Below, in pieces: positions 21,536 to 31,870 of a stretch of 64,000 nt of DNA. The stretch spans positions 128,001-192,000 of the forward strand of contig OY764216.1 in assembly GCA_963668315.1 (NCBI GenBank), in the 5' to 3' direction. The stretch is from Spirochaetia bacterium. GTDB lineage: Bacteria > Spirochaetota > Spirochaetia > DSM-2461. Position 1 is the stretch's first letter, and every line of letters starts with the position of its first letter. The translations under genes were made by a program, and so were the position numbers. The notes under the pieces are model-generated. The model searched no databases, had not been told where the DNA came from, and saw only the letters and a list, made by a program, of their open reading frames with translations.

Positions 21536-21909
21536 AAGAAGTAATGGCAATCATCCGGATGAACCGGATGAACGAAACCAAAAGGGCTCTGGCCGCTGCA
21601 GGTTTCACGTCCATGACTGCTACCGGACACGTCCTGGGACGTGGGAAGGGCATCGTAGATCACGGACTTCTCAAAGCGGCGGACGCGGGCAATGAATACG
21701 CCGCAGCGATGCTGGGCCAGGCCCCTCAGCTGCGGAACAAGCGGATGATCCTCATGACTGTCTCCGACGGAGATGTGAAAAAAGCGGTGGATACCATAGT
21801 AAGCGTGAATCAGTCGGGCATGGCGGGAGACGGAAAAATTTTCGTTCTTCCCATGAGCGAATCCTTCCGGGTTCGGACTGGTGAAAGCGGCGACGACATA
21901 CTTCAGTAG
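21532..21909 (+). CDS. nifI2: PII-family nitrogenase regulator NifI2
   Basis: MKEVMAIIRMN, GRGKG with extended T-loop, GDGKIFV, RVRTGESG; 4-nt overlap with nifI1. Confidence 0.92.
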   Translation: MKEVMAIIRMNRMNETKRALAAAGFTSMTATGHVLGRGKGIVDHGLLKAADAGNEYAAAMLGQAPQLRNKRMILMTVSDGDVKKAVDTIVSVNQSGMAGDGKIFVLPMSESFRVRTGESGDDILQ

Positions 21910-21918
21910 GGAAAGAAT

Positions 21919-23589
21919 ATGGCAGAAATGACAAGGACTGATGAAGTTATTGATAAAATGCTGGCGAAATATCCGGCCAAGGTTGCCCGGAAAAGAAAAA
22001 AGGGCATCATAAAAATAGAACAGGGTGAACACCAGGAGATCCAGGCCAACGTCCGGACCGTTCCCGGTATCATCACCCAGAGAGGCTGCTGCTACGCCGG
22101 TTGCAAGGGTGTTGTTCTGGGACCCACCAGGGATATCATCAACCTGACGCACGGTCCCATCGGATGCGGTTTCTACTCCTGGCTTACCAGACGTAACCAG
22201 ACTTCCTCCCAGGGGGAGGCGCCTGAAAATCAGGAAAACTTCATGACCTACTGTTTCAGTACGGATATGCAGGATTCCAACATCGTATTCGGCGGAGAGA
22301 AAAAGCTCAAGCAGGCCATCGAAGAGGCCTATGAGATTTTCCACCCGAAAGCCATCGGTGTTTTCGCCACCTGTCCCGTAGGTCTGATCGGTGACGATAT
22401 CCACCAGGTTTCCAAAGTGTGCAAAGAGCAGTTCGGCGACTGTAATGTCTTCGCCTTCAGCTGCGAGGGCTACAAGGGAGTTACCCAGTCCGCCGGTCAC
22501 CACATTGCCAACAACCAGTTGTTCAGGCATGTAATCGGTACGGCCGAGGATGGCCCCGAAGGCAAGTTCAAGATCAACATGCTCGGTGAGTACAACATCG
22601 GCGGAGATGCCTTCGTTATCGAAGAGCTTCTGAACAAGTGCGGAATCACACTGATCTCCACCATGTCCGGCAACTCTTCCTACAGAAAGTTCGCCCACAG
22701 CCACCATGCCGATCTTAACGTGATCATGTGCCACCGGTCCATCAACTATGTGGCGGAAATGATGGAGACCAAATACGGTATTCCCTGGTTCAAGGTGAAC
22801 TTTATCGGAGCGGAGGCCACGGCCAAATCGCTCAGGAAGATAGCCCAGTTCTTCGATGATGTTGAGCTGACGGCCAAGGTGGAAGAGGTTATCGCCGAAG
22901 GGATGGCCCAGGTGGAAGCCGTACAGAAAGAGGTGCTTCCCAAGACTGACGGAAAAATGGCCATGCTCTTCGTGGGCGGTTCCCGTGCCCACCACTACCA
23001 GGAACTGTTCAGCGAGCTGGGTATGAAGACCATGGCCGCCGGTTACGAGTTCGGTCACCGGGACGACTACGAAGGAAGGGAGTACCTCCCCGATATCAAG
23101 GTTGACGCGGACAGCCGGAACATTGAGGAACTGACGGTAGTCAAGGATGAGGAAAAATACAAAGTAGCCCTGGGCGAACAGAAAGCCAAGCTGGAAAAAG
23201 ACGGTTTCGAGTTCAGCGACTACGAAGGTATGATGAAGGACATGGAGACGGGAAGTCTCTCCATTGACGACCTGAGCCACTACGAGATGGAAGTACTCAT
23301 CAAAGAGTTCAAGCCCGACGTATTCTGCGCCGGAATCAAGGAGAAGTACGCCGTACAGAAAATGGGTGTACCCCTGAAGCAGCTGCACAGTTACGACTAC
23401 GGCGGACCTTACGCCGGATTTCTGGGAGCGACGAACTTCTACAAAGATATCGCCAGTATGACCAACAGCAAGATCTGGGACCTCATTGGAGCTCCCTGGG
23501 AAAAAGAGAAGACCCTGAGCGCCTCTGTCGTTCACAGTACGGCAGCGCCCAAGACAGAAAAGAAAGGAGAGTGCATCAATGTTACTTAA
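21919..23589 (+). CDS. nifD: Nitrogenase MoFe protein alpha chain, Group II type
   Basis: RGCCYAGC, HGPIGC, TCPVGLIGDD, QSAGHH, FeMo-co ligand motifs MCHRS and LHSYDY, and the Group II insertion after YEFGHRDDY. Confidence 0.98.
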   Translation: MAEMTRTDEVIDKMLAKYPAKVARKRKKGIIKIEQGEHQEIQANVRTVPGIITQRGCCYAGCKGVVLGPTRDIINLTHGPIGCGFYSWLTRRNQTSSQGEAPENQENFMTYCFSTDMQDSNIVFGGEKKLKQAIEEAYEIFHPKAIGVFATCPVGLIGDDIHQVSKVCKEQFGDCNVFAFSCEGYKGVTQSAGHHIANNQLFRHVIGTAEDGPEGKFKINMLGEYNIGGDAFVIEELLNKCGITLISTMSGNSSYRKFAHSHHADLNVIMCHRSINYVAEMMETKYGIPWFKVNFIGAEATAKSLRKIAQFFDDVELTAKVEEVIAEGMAQVEAVQKEVLPKTDGKMAMLFVGGSRAHHYQELFSELGMKTMAAGYEFGHRDDYEGREYLPDIKVDADSRNIEELTVVKDEEKYKVALGEQKAKLEKDGFEFSDYEGMMKDMETGSLSIDDLSHYEMEVLIKEFKPDVFCAGIKEKYAVQKMGVPLKQLHSYDYGGPYAGFLGATNFYKDIASMTNSKIWDLIGAPWEKEKTLSASVVHSTAAPKTEKKGECINVT

Positions 23590-24967
23590 ACACACGACTG
23601 CCGATGTGGCAGACAGAAAAGCACTGACCGTTAACCCGGCTAAAACTTGCCAGCCCATAGGCGCCATGTATGCGGCTCTCGGCATTCACGGATGCATGCC
23701 CCACAGTCACGGTTCACAGGGCTGCTGCGCCTACCACCGTTCCGCCCTGACCAGGCACTATAAAGAGCCGGTTATGGCCGGCACCAGTTCCTTTACGGAA
23801 GGTTCCAGTGTTTTCGGAGGCCAGGCGAACCTGCTCCAGGCGTTTAACAATATCTTCACCATCTACAATCCCGATATTGTGGCGGTTCATACCACCTGTC
23901 TTTCCGAGACGATCGGTGATGATGTTAAGCAGATTGCCCAGAAAGCCATGGACGAAGGAAAGATCCCCGAAGGGAAAACGGTTATCTACTGCAGCACTCC
24001 CAGTTATGTGGGCAGCCATGTAACCGGATTCGCCAACCAGTGCGCGGCCATGGCCGACCAGCTGGCCATCGATGACGGTGTTGACGTAAAGAACGCCACC
24101 ATCAATATTGTGCCGGGCTGGGTTGAACCGGCTGACATGAGAGAGATCAAAAGGCTCATGAAAGCCATGAAGGTCACAAAAATCATGTTCCCCGACACTT
24201 CCGATATTCTGGATGCTCCCATGACGGGTCACCACCAGTTTTTTCCCAAGGGAGGAGTAACCCTCAATGAACTGAGAGATTCCGGAAAGAGCCGCAAGAC
24301 TTTCTGCCTCGGTTCCTGGGCTTCCGTTCCCGCAGGAGAAGCGCTTTGGAAAAAGTGCCGCGTCCCCTTCGAAGACATGAGCCTGCCCATCGGTATCCGC
24401 GCCACCGACCGTTTTCTCGCGGCGGTCAGCAAGGAAACCAGCTGTCCCGTTCCCCAGTCCATCACGGACGAACGGGGCCGCCTGGTAGATATGATCGCCG
24501 ATATGCAGAACTATCTGTCCGGTAAAAGAGTCGCCCTCTGGGGCGATCCCGACCAGCTGCTCTCTCTGACGGAGTTTCTGATCGACATGGACATGAAACC
24601 GGTTTACGTGGTCTCCGGAACCCCGGGTAAAGCCTGGATGAAGAAGATGGAAGCCCTGGTGGGTGATGCCGTTCCCGAATGCAAGTACCTGAACGGAGAG
24701 AGGGCCGACATGTTCCTGATGCACCAGTGGATCAAGGAACAGGGCGTGGATCTTCTGATCGGAAACACCTACGGCAAGTACATTGCCCGTGATGAGGATA
24801 CTCCCTTTATCAGGCACGGATTCCCCATCTATGACCGTATCGGTCACAGCTATTTCCCCACGGTTGGCTATGCCGGCGGAATGAGACTGGTCGAAAAAAT
24901 CCTGAATGCCCTCATGGACAGGAAGGACCGGGACGCTCCGGAAGAGTATTTCGAACTGGTTCTTTAA
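23579..24967 (+). CDS. nifK: Nitrogenase MoFe protein beta chain
   Basis: NPAKTCQPIGA, HGSQGCCAY, TTCLSETIGDD, GFPIYDR; short N-terminus typical of Group II; no delta-subunit gene between D and K. Confidence 0.98.
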   Translation: MLLKHTTADVADRKALTVNPAKTCQPIGAMYAALGIHGCMPHSHGSQGCCAYHRSALTRHYKEPVMAGTSSFTEGSSVFGGQANLLQAFNNIFTIYNPDIVAVHTTCLSETIGDDVKQIAQKAMDEGKIPEGKTVIYCSTPSYVGSHVTGFANQCAAMADQLAIDDGVDVKNATINIVPGWVEPADMREIKRLMKAMKVTKIMFPDTSDILDAPMTGHHQFFPKGGVTLNELRDSGKSRKTFCLGSWASVPAGEALWKKCRVPFEDMSLPIGIRATDRFLAAVSKETSCPVPQSITDERGRLVDMIADMQNYLSGKRVALWGDPDQLLSLTEFLIDMDMKPVYVVSGTPGKAWMKKMEALVGDAVPECKYLNGERADMFLMHQWIKEQGVDLLIGNTYGKYIARDEDTPFIRHGFPIYDRIGHSYFPTVGYAGGMRLVEKILNALMDRKDRDAPEEYFELVL

Positions 24968-24977
24968 TGGTAAATGG

Positions 24978-25051
24978 CGTACCGGTACGCAGCCGGTACG
25001 TTTTTGTTGTTATTCTCTGTTGTCCGGGCGGTCTTAGGACCGCCCGCTTTT
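24978..25051 (+). terminator. Tandem intrinsic terminators after nifK
   Basis: CGTACCGG-loop-CCGGTACG-TTTTT (24978-25005) and CGGGCGGTC-TTAG-GACCGCCCG-CTTTT (25025-25051). Confidence 0.75.
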
Positions 25052-25171
25052 ATAGGCTACTTTTTTTCTCATCTTTTTTGTGTTTTTTTACATTTACTTA
25101 ATACAAAAACATTCGATTTATGATATAAAGGAATTCGAAAAAATTACATTTAAGAAGTTTTAAAAATAGCC

Positions 25172-27061
25172 ATGGTAAAAATCAGTATTAACACAAAACT
25201 CATAACCCTTATCGCATCCACCTTTCTTCTTTTTTCCCTCATCATGTCGGTCATTCTCATCCATTCCGTAAAAAGGATGGAAGAGTATGTCATTCAGGAA
25301 ACACGGGATATGGCCTTTGACGGTTTCAAGCGAGAGCTGCAGAGTACAACGGAACTGGCAGTGACCCTTATCTCCGCCATCAACGAAAGGACGGATCTGG
25401 ACAGCAGTCAGAAGAAAGACCTTGTAACCGATCTTACCGAAGCCCTTCGTTTCGGAGAGGACGGCTACTTCTACGGATATGAAAACGGTACGGGCATCAA
25501 CGTCCTGCACGGTACCGTTCCCTCCAATCACGGCAAGAGCCTCTGGGGCCTGACATCCCCCGATGGCAACCAGAAGATCATACAGGATCTGGATCAGGCC
25601 GCTGAAGACGGCAGTCTCTTCGTGGAATTCTACTGGTCCAAGCCGGACAGACCGGAAGGAGAGGTTTTTCCCAAACTGGGAACGGCCATGAAGGTTCCCG
25701 ACACGGATATCTGGGTGGGTACGGGCGCCTATATTGACAGTATTGACGATTACATCAGCTCCATAGACACGGAACTCGGCATAAGAATATCCCAGTTCAC
25801 GAGAATCATTCTTCTCAGCTTTCTCGCCGGTGCCGTAATCCTTATCATTATTACATTTATCCGGGTCAGATCAACCGTCCGCAGTCTCATCAAGCTTTCA
25901 GATTTTATAGAAAAGACCGAAGGGAGAGATTTCTCCGAACGATATAGCCCCGCGAAAAAGAGCACCTTCCCCGATGAAGTGGATACTCTTTCCTCCAGCC
26001 TGAATGATATCCTGGACCGGATATCCCTGTTCCTGAACGATTTCAAAGCCAAAACGGCCGACCAGATACGCAACGACGGGGAACTTCGGGAAAATATCAT
26101 TCTCTCCGTTGAAGAGATGAAAAACATCCGGGAGATAACCGATGACTCAAGGAACCGGTCCCATCAGTATGAAGAGAGCCTGAAGACCGCAGAACAGTCC
26201 CTCACCCATCTGACGGGGAACCTGAAAAACCTGAATCAGTCCATAGAGCATCAGGAAATCAGCATAAGCGACTCCTCCTCCGCGGTGGAGCAGATTACCC
26301 GGGGCGTGGAGAATCTTTCCCATAAGCTTACGGGAGCCACAGACGATGTCCGGGAGATGACAAGAAAGACCGAACAGGGCCGGCTCTCGGTCAACAATGT
26401 GCTTAACCTTGTGGAGACGATCGTAACCGAATCGGAAAAGCTTCAATCGGCCAATAAACTCATTGCCAATATCGCCAGTAAGACGAACCTTCTTTCCATG
26501 AATGCGGCCATTGAAGCGGCCCATGCGGGAAGCGCGGGAAGAGGATTCTCCGTGGTTGCCGAGGAGATCCGGAACCTGGCGGAGCTTTCTTCCCAGCAGT
26601 CGCTGAGTGTGAAGGAGAATCTCAAGCAGATTACCCAGTCCATCTCCGACGTCTCCATCGCCGCCCGGGATTCGGACGGGGAGTTCCATGGAATCATCGA
26701 ATCAATCGAACATGTCCAGAATCTCTTTTCCTCTCTCGAGAGCGAGATGGGGGAATTGAATTCGGGAAGCGTTCAGATAAGAAAGGATCTGGAGAATCTG
26801 AAAGATCAGGCGTCCTCTCTCCTCGGGGAATCCAGGCGGATTGACCGGGAACGGCAGGAGATCGGAGGTGTCTTCGAGCATCTGAAAACGGCCGGAGTTC
26901 AGTCCGGAATGGATATGGATGAGATTCATGAGAAAATCCGTACCATGGAAGAGTCCATTCAGTCCGTGGAGAAAATGAGCCGGGAGAACCGGGAAAGAAT
27001 GATCCAGCTGAAAGAAAGGGCCGACGATTTCCAGACGGAACGGGACCAGACGGAAGGGTAA
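25172..27061 (+). CDS. Methyl-accepting chemotaxis protein with Cache sensor domain
   Basis: Two TM helices, [11 protein letters not shown]ache motif, [34 protein letters not shown] signalling hairpin. Confidence 0.93.
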   Translation: MVKISINTKLITLIASTFLLFSLIMSVILIHSVKRMEEYVIQETRDMAFDGFKRELQSTTELAVTLISAINERTDLDSSQKKDLVTDLTEALRFGEDGYFYGYENGTGINVLHGTVPSNHGKSLWGLTSPDGNQKIIQDLDQAAEDGSLFVEFYWSKPDRPEGEVFPKLGTAMKVPDTDIWVGTGAYIDSIDDYISSIDTELGIRISQFTRIILLSFLAGAVILIIITFIRVRSTVRSLIKLSDFIEKTEGRDFSERYSPAKKSTFPDEVDTLSSSLNDILDRISLFLNDFKAKTADQIRNDGELRENIILSVEEMKNIREITDDSRNRSHQYEESLKTAEQSLTHLTGNLKNLNQSIEHQEISISDSSSAVEQITRGVENLSHKLTGATDDVREMTRKTEQGRLSVNNVLNLVETIVTESEKLQSANKLIANIASKTNLLSMNAAIEAAHAGSAGRGFSVVAEEIRNLAELSSQQSLSVKENLKQITQSISDVSIAARDSDGEFHGIIESIEHVQNLFSSLESEMGELNSGSVQIRKDLENLKDQASSLLGESRRIDRERQEIGGVFEHLKTAGVQSGMDMDEIHEKIRTMEESIQSVEKMSRENRERMIQLKERADDFQTERDQTEG

Positions 27062-27166
27062 TCCCCTGCCCCGGCAGCGGGGCGCAACGGCCGACTCCCT
27101 GATCTTTTTTCCCTTGTGTGCTAGAATAGGCTATACCTATCACAAGAAAAAAATCAGGAGTAAAAA

Positions 27167-28387
27167 ATGTCTGCAAAACATGTCATCTGTTTCAACGGAG
27201 GAAGCTCATCCATCAAAGTGGCCATTAAAAAGGTCACCGGCGGAGAGGTGGAATCCATCGTCGATTTCAACTGCCAGGGTCTGGGAACGGGAAAGGGCTA
27301 CATTGATATTAAGAGAAACGGCGAAAAGGAAGTCCTGGAAAAACCCATGGCCGACCATGCCACAGCACTCCATGAAATCACCGCTCTGATTGACAAACTC
27401 TACCCCGGAATGAAACTTGATGCGGCGGGTCACAGAGTTCTCCACGGAGGGCCTGTCTTCAAAGAAACCACGCTGATCGACGGAATCGACGGAAAAGTCC
27501 AGGAGACCATCAAAAAGTTTTTCCCCCTGGGCCCCCTACATAATCCGGCCAATCATCAGATAATCATGGCCTGCCTCAAGGATGAGGTCCTGAACAAAAT
27601 CCCCCACGCGGCCATTTTCGATACCCAGTTCCACGCCCGCATGGAAGATCATGTCAAATTTTACGCCGTCCCCGACGAATGGCGGACAAAATACAGTATC
27701 CAGAGATACGGATTCCACGGCACCTCCTACGCCTACATAACCGGAAGGTTCGCCGAGCTGAACGGGCTGGCTCCTGAAGACACCAACGTGGTCATCGCCC
27801 ATCTGGGAAACGGCTGTTCCATGGCCAAGGTGGAAAAGGGAATCGGCGCCGACACATCCATGGGACTGACCCCCCTGGAAGGTCTTGTCATGGGAACCCG
27901 TTCGGGCGATATCGATCCGGGTGTCCTGGAACTGATAGCCGACAGCGAGGGGCTGGACATCAAAGAGATCGTGCGTATTCTGAACAAGGAGTCGGGACTG
28001 CTCGGCCTTTATAATAAGGACGGGATCAAGGAGATGCATTTCATCCGCCAGGCCGCCATGGAAGGGGATAAGAAAGCCGAACTGGTGGTCGATATAGCCG
28101 CCTACCGCACGGCGAAATACTTCGCCGAATACCTGGGGACCATGAAAAGTCCCAAGGGCATCGTCTTTACCGGGGGCGTGGGGGAAAACGAAGGATACTT
28201 CAGAACAAAGGTCCTGAATTTCATGGCCCTGTTCGACTGGAAAATCGACGAGAAGGCCATGGCCACCCGCTCGGAAGAGAAGGTCGTTGCCGAAAGCGGT
28301 CTCGTCCCCGGGCTCAAGGCATGGGTTATTCCCACCGACGAAGAGAAGGTTTTTGCCCTGGAAGCGGCAAAGTTTATTCAGGAATAG
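27167..28387 (+). CDS. ackA: Acetate kinase
   Basis: NGGSSSIK, HRVLHGG, FDTQFH, YGFHGTS, HLGNG, DTSMGLTPLEG, FTGGVGEN, IPTDEE. Confidence 0.92.
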   Translation: MSAKHVICFNGGSSSIKVAIKKVTGGEVESIVDFNCQGLGTGKGYIDIKRNGEKEVLEKPMADHATALHEITALIDKLYPGMKLDAAGHRVLHGGPVFKETTLIDGIDGKVQETIKKFFPLGPLHNPANHQIIMACLKDEVLNKIPHAAIFDTQFHARMEDHVKFYAVPDEWRTKYSIQRYGFHGTSYAYITGRFAELNGLAPEDTNVVIAHLGNGCSMAKVEKGIGADTSMGLTPLEGLVMGTRSGDIDPGVLELIADSEGLDIKEIVRILNKESGLLGLYNKDGIKEMHFIRQAAMEGDKKAELVVDIAAYRTAKYFAEYLGTMKSPKGIVFTGGVGENEGYFRTKVLNFMALFDWKIDEKAMATRSEEKVVAESGLVPGLKAWVIPTDEEKVFALEAAKFIQE

Positions 28388-28407
28388 TTGACTTCACACC
28401 CTAAGTT

Positions 28408-28439
28408 CCGCCTCTGGAAAGATTAAACTTCAGAGGCGG
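28408..28439. terminator. Hairpin between convergent ackA and amidohydrolase genes
   Basis: CCGCCTCTG...CAGAGGCGG inverted repeat. Confidence 0.6.
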
Positions 28440-28446
28440 TTCCTTC

Positions 28447-29355
28447 TCAGGAAAAGTAAATACTCTCGGCCGTCTGATAGAAGACCAGCTCCTTTTCCTT
28501 ATCGGTAAAGACATCACTCTCCATCGCGTAATCCACCAGATGGCGGTAACTGTCCCGGCACAGGGTCGACGGCAGATCGGAACCGAACATCATCCGGTCG
28601 GCCCCCAGAATCTGTTTTCCGATTTTCAGGTAATGCCGGGCCTGTTCGTAGGGATAGACTTCAGGCCTCTGGTTGGCGGGAAGGGCCGCCAGATCAAACC
28701 ATACGTTGGGAAGATTCAGCTTCTTCAGACCGTCTTTCAGTACTTCCTCATCCTTTGGAAGGGGAGCTAAAAGATGGCATACGACGAATTTCATCTCTGG
28801 ATATCTTTTTATGGCTCTGCTCAGGGCGTCAATCTGCCAGCAGGGATTTCCGGCCCGGCCGATATCGATGACAAAGGTTAATCCCCTGTCATTGGCATAG
28901 GAATAAGCCTCGTCCATCACTTCGCCGTCCAGAGCCACGGGAGGATGATAGCTCATCAGTCCGGAGCCGTTGCTTACCTCGAACTTGACGATGGTAAATC
29001 CCAGTTCGTCAAAAAGGCGGGCGAGGATCTTTTCCTTGTTCACGCAGAACGGGTCATAGGTGGCGGCGCCGGTGAAGCGATCGGGATACTTCTGCATGGC
29101 CTGCCAGGTATACTCATTCTGGAAGCCGAAGTAGTTCCCCTGAAGCAGTACGGCCTTTTCCACATCATGGTCATCCATCAGCTTGATGACTTTTTCCGCC
29201 GTGACGTCATACTCCCCCAGCTCCGGCGGAATCATATTGATGACCTGCCCGCTGGCATGAATGGCCTGTCCTTTCCCGCAGGGTCTCAGTTCTCCCTGGG
29301 AGCCGAAACCGGCAATAACCTGGACGATATGGGCATGGGCATCGATGATTTTCAT
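28447..29355 (-). CDS. Amidohydrolase family protein (Amidohydro_2 TIM barrel)
   Basis: IIDAHAH metal motif; MMFGSDLP. Confidence 0.85.
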   Translation of the reverse strand: MKIIDAHAHIVQVIAGFGSQGELRPCGKGQAIHASGQVINMIPPELGEYDVTAEKVIKLMDDHDVEKAVLLQGNYFGFQNEYTWQAMQKYPDRFTGAATYDPFCVNKEKILARLFDELGFTIVKFEVSNGSGLMSYHPPVALDGEVMDEAYSYANDRGLTFVIDIGRAGNPCWQIDALSRAIKRYPEMKFVVCHLLAPLPKDEEVLKDGLKKLNLPNVWFDLAALPANQRPEVYPYEQARHYLKIGKQILGADRMMFGSDLPSTLCRDSYRHLVDYAMESDVFTDKEKELVFYQTAESIYFS

Positions 29356-29356
29356 G

Positions 29357-29668
29357 CTAGAAGGCCTCCACGCCTGTCCGGATCGTCACACTGGCCCGCA
29401 TGTCCGCCACTCTCCCGCCGAATTCATCCATATAATCCATGGACGAATGGAGATCGAGCGCATCCTGGGAGGCCCATCTTTCATACAGGGTGATCCGGTT
29501 TTCATCGTAAGCTTCCTGCCTCTCGCCCTCCACGTTCATCTCACGGGTGTAGTCGTACATGAGACAGCCTTCCTCTTCCAGAACCAGTGGCCGGATTTTC
29601 CTGCACTCCTCCAGAAAATCCTCCATCCTGCCCTCTTTGATTATCATGGTTACTATCGAATAAATCAT
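29357..29668 (-). CDS. ABM-family (putative quinol monooxygenase) protein
   Basis: EEEGCLMY, LYERWAS..ALDLH. Confidence 0.85.
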   Translation of the reverse strand: MIYSIVTMIIKEGRMEDFLEECRKIRPLVLEEEGCLMYDYTREMNVEGERQEAYDENRITLYERWASQDALDLHSSMDYMDEFGGRVADMRASVTIRTGVEAF

Positions 29669-29798
29669 CCTTCCCCTCCAAATGGCATACCGCCGTTTAC
29701 ATAATGATGAATTGAGCGGTGCGATGTCAATAAGGGTTTATACGGCTTTTCTTCCTCCATCGGTATTATTCATTGAATAATACCTGTAGAATGGCGCC

Positions 29799-30776
29799 AT
29801 GGAAAAGAAAAAGCCCTTCGGCTGGGCCTTTATCGGTGCGGGGAATATCGCCCATACCGTGGCGGGAGAGATAGGCAGGACGGAAAATCATAAAATTAAT
29901 TCGGTATATAACAGGACTTACGAAAAAGCCCGGAATTTTACGACCCGATTCGGCGGAACGCCCTGCCGGACCATTGAGGAGTGCGTAAACGCCGAAGGAG
30001 TGGAAGGGGTCTATATCAACACCGTTCCTTCCTCCCACTTTCAGCTGGCCGGGGAGGTGCTTAGCCTCGGGAAGCCGGTACTCCTGGAAAAACCCTTTAC
30101 CCTGAACAGAAAACAGGGGGAAGAACTTTTTGCCCTTGCCGAAGAGAAAGGCGTCTATCTGGCGGAAGCCATGTGGACGTGGTTCTCCCCGGTAGCGAGC
30201 AGGGTCAGGGAATGGGTGCAGACAGGAGAAGTCGGAGAGGTCAGAAAGGTCAAGCTCCATTTCGCCATAGCCAACGGCCTGACGAACCCCAGGCTGATGA
30301 ATCCTCGGACCGGAGGCGGGGCCCTGCTCGACCTGGGTATCTATCCCCTGGCCTACTGCCATCATATATGGGGAATGCCCGGACGGATCCAGTGTGAAGG
30401 CAGGCTGAAAAAGGGAGTCGATCTGTGGGACCGGATACACCTCTCCTATCCGGACGGTCCGGAGGCGGAGATATTTACGTCTATAATCCGGTTCAAATAT
30501 CCTAAGAACCTCCTCATTGAGGGGTCGAAGGGGCGCATCGAAAGTTTCTGGTTTCATAAAACGGGAAAGGTGAAACTGATAAGGTCCCGCCAGGGAAGCG
30601 AGATCTTCCGGGCCGACGGGAGTTATGCGAACCAGTTTGATCTCGTTTCCGATGAGATTCGCCGGGGGCTGCTCCGGAGTGAGTATGTGCCGCCCCGATC
30701 GACTCTCGGGACTTTGGAAATGGCCGATATCTGCCGGAACCAAATCGGTTTGAAATACCCTTCAGAAAGGGAATAA
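29799..30776 (+). CDS. Gfo/Idh/MocA family oxidoreductase
   Basis: IGAGNIA, VLLEKPF, EAMWT, GGGALLDLGIY. Confidence 0.9.
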   Translation: MEKKKPFGWAFIGAGNIAHTVAGEIGRTENHKINSVYNRTYEKARNFTTRFGGTPCRTIEECVNAEGVEGVYINTVPSSHFQLAGEVLSLGKPVLLEKPFTLNRKQGEELFALAEEKGVYLAEAMWTWFSPVASRVREWVQTGEVGEVRKVKLHFAIANGLTNPRLMNPRTGGGALLDLGIYPLAYCHHIWGMPGRIQCEGRLKKGVDLWDRIHLSYPDGPEAEIFTSIIRFKYPKNLLIEGSKGRIESFWFHKTGKVKLIRSRQGSEIFRADGSYANQFDLVSDEIRRGLLRSEYVPPRSTLGTLEMADICRNQIGLKYPSERE

Positions 30777-30872
30777 ATCCCCTGGAACGCCTCCTGCCGA
30801 GGGGATATTTTCTCTTTTTTTTCAACACCATCCGGTCTATAATGAAAATAGATAACCGATAGGGGGTAGAAT

Positions 30873-31856
30873 ATGGCAGACGACTTCAAATGGGGAATCA
30901 TAGGACCGGGGCATATCGCCGCCAGTTTTGCAGAAGGGCTGAAAGACGCGGAAGGCTGTTCTCTCTACGCGGCCGCATCCCGAACTCCGGGCCGGGCGGA
31001 AGCTTTCGTAAGGAAATGGGGCGGGGAAAAATCTTACACCTCCTATGAAGAGATGCTTGAGGATCCGAAAGTGGATGCCGTTTATATTTCCACCCCCAAT
31101 TCTCTTCATCTGGCGAACGCCAAAGCGGCGCTGAAGGCGGGAAAACCGGTTCTTTGTGAAAAACCCCTCACCCTCAATGAGTCCCAGAGCAGGGAATTGA
31201 TTGAAACGGCCCGGCAGGAGAAGGTATTTCTCATGGAAGCCATGTGGACCCGTTTCTTTCCCCTGATGGAGAAAGTAAGAGCCCTGACCGCCGAAGGAGC
31301 TATCGGCGACATCCGGATGGTTCAAGCCGATTTCGGCTTCCGCCGACCCGAAGCCGCCCCTGACGGCCGGGTTTTCAACCTGAATCTGGGGGGAGGCAGT
31401 CTCCTGGATGTGGGCGTCTATCCCGTGGCGTTTTTCCAGATGCTTCTGGGAACCCCTGAGAAGATACAGGGACTGGCCCATGTGGGAGAGACCGGCGTTG
31501 ATGAGGAGGCGGCCTTTGTCATGTCCCATTCAGGCGGCCGCCTGGCAATGGGATCATCGGCGATCATGGCAAGGACACCCCACGAGGCCTGGATACTGGG
31601 AACGGAAGGGCGCATACATATACCGAACGGCTGGTGGCGCCCCGCGTCCATCTCCCTCTGGAAGGGAGAAAAAGAGCAGGTCATGGACGAACCTTTCAAA
31701 GGCAACGGATACAACTTCGAAGCGGTCGCCGTCATGAACGATGTACGGGAAGGCAGACGGGAAAATATCCTCATGCCCCACAGGGACAGTTTAACCATAT
31801 CCCGGACGATGGACAGACTCAGACAGCTTTGGGGCGTCACCTACCCCGAGGACTGA
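30873..31856 (+). CDS. Gfo/Idh/MocA family oxidoreductase
   Basis: WGIIGPGHIA, VLCEKP, EAMWTRF, GGGSLLDVGVY. Confidence 0.92.
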   Translation: MADDFKWGIIGPGHIAASFAEGLKDAEGCSLYAAASRTPGRAEAFVRKWGGEKSYTSYEEMLEDPKVDAVYISTPNSLHLANAKAALKAGKPVLCEKPLTLNESQSRELIETARQEKVFLMEAMWTRFFPLMEKVRALTAEGAIGDIRMVQADFGFRRPEAAPDGRVFNLNLGGGSLLDVGVYPVAFFQMLLGTPEKIQGLAHVGETGVDEEAAFVMSHSGGRLAMGSSAIMARTPHEAWILGTEGRIHIPNGWWRPASISLWKGEKEQVMDEPFKGNGYNFEAVAVMNDVREGRRENILMPHRDSLTISRTMDRLRQLWGVTYPED

Positions 31857-31870
31857 TCAGAAGAGAATCC

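Noticed and set aside
21502..24847. 727-aa and 377-aa minus-strand ORFs opposite nifDK
   Set aside because: Antisense frames kept open by codon bias of highly expressed genes; not protein-like.
21919..24967. Possibility of an alternative (V or Fe-only) nitrogenase given the AnfA-like motif
   Set aside because: No vnfG/anfG between D and K; the D subunit has the Group II Mo-type insertion and CHRS/HSYDY motifs; nifEN present.
25081..25171. Possible sigma28 promoter or shared TTTTACAT box before the Cache chemoreceptors
   Set aside because: Matches are weak and the region is too AT-rich to support a call.
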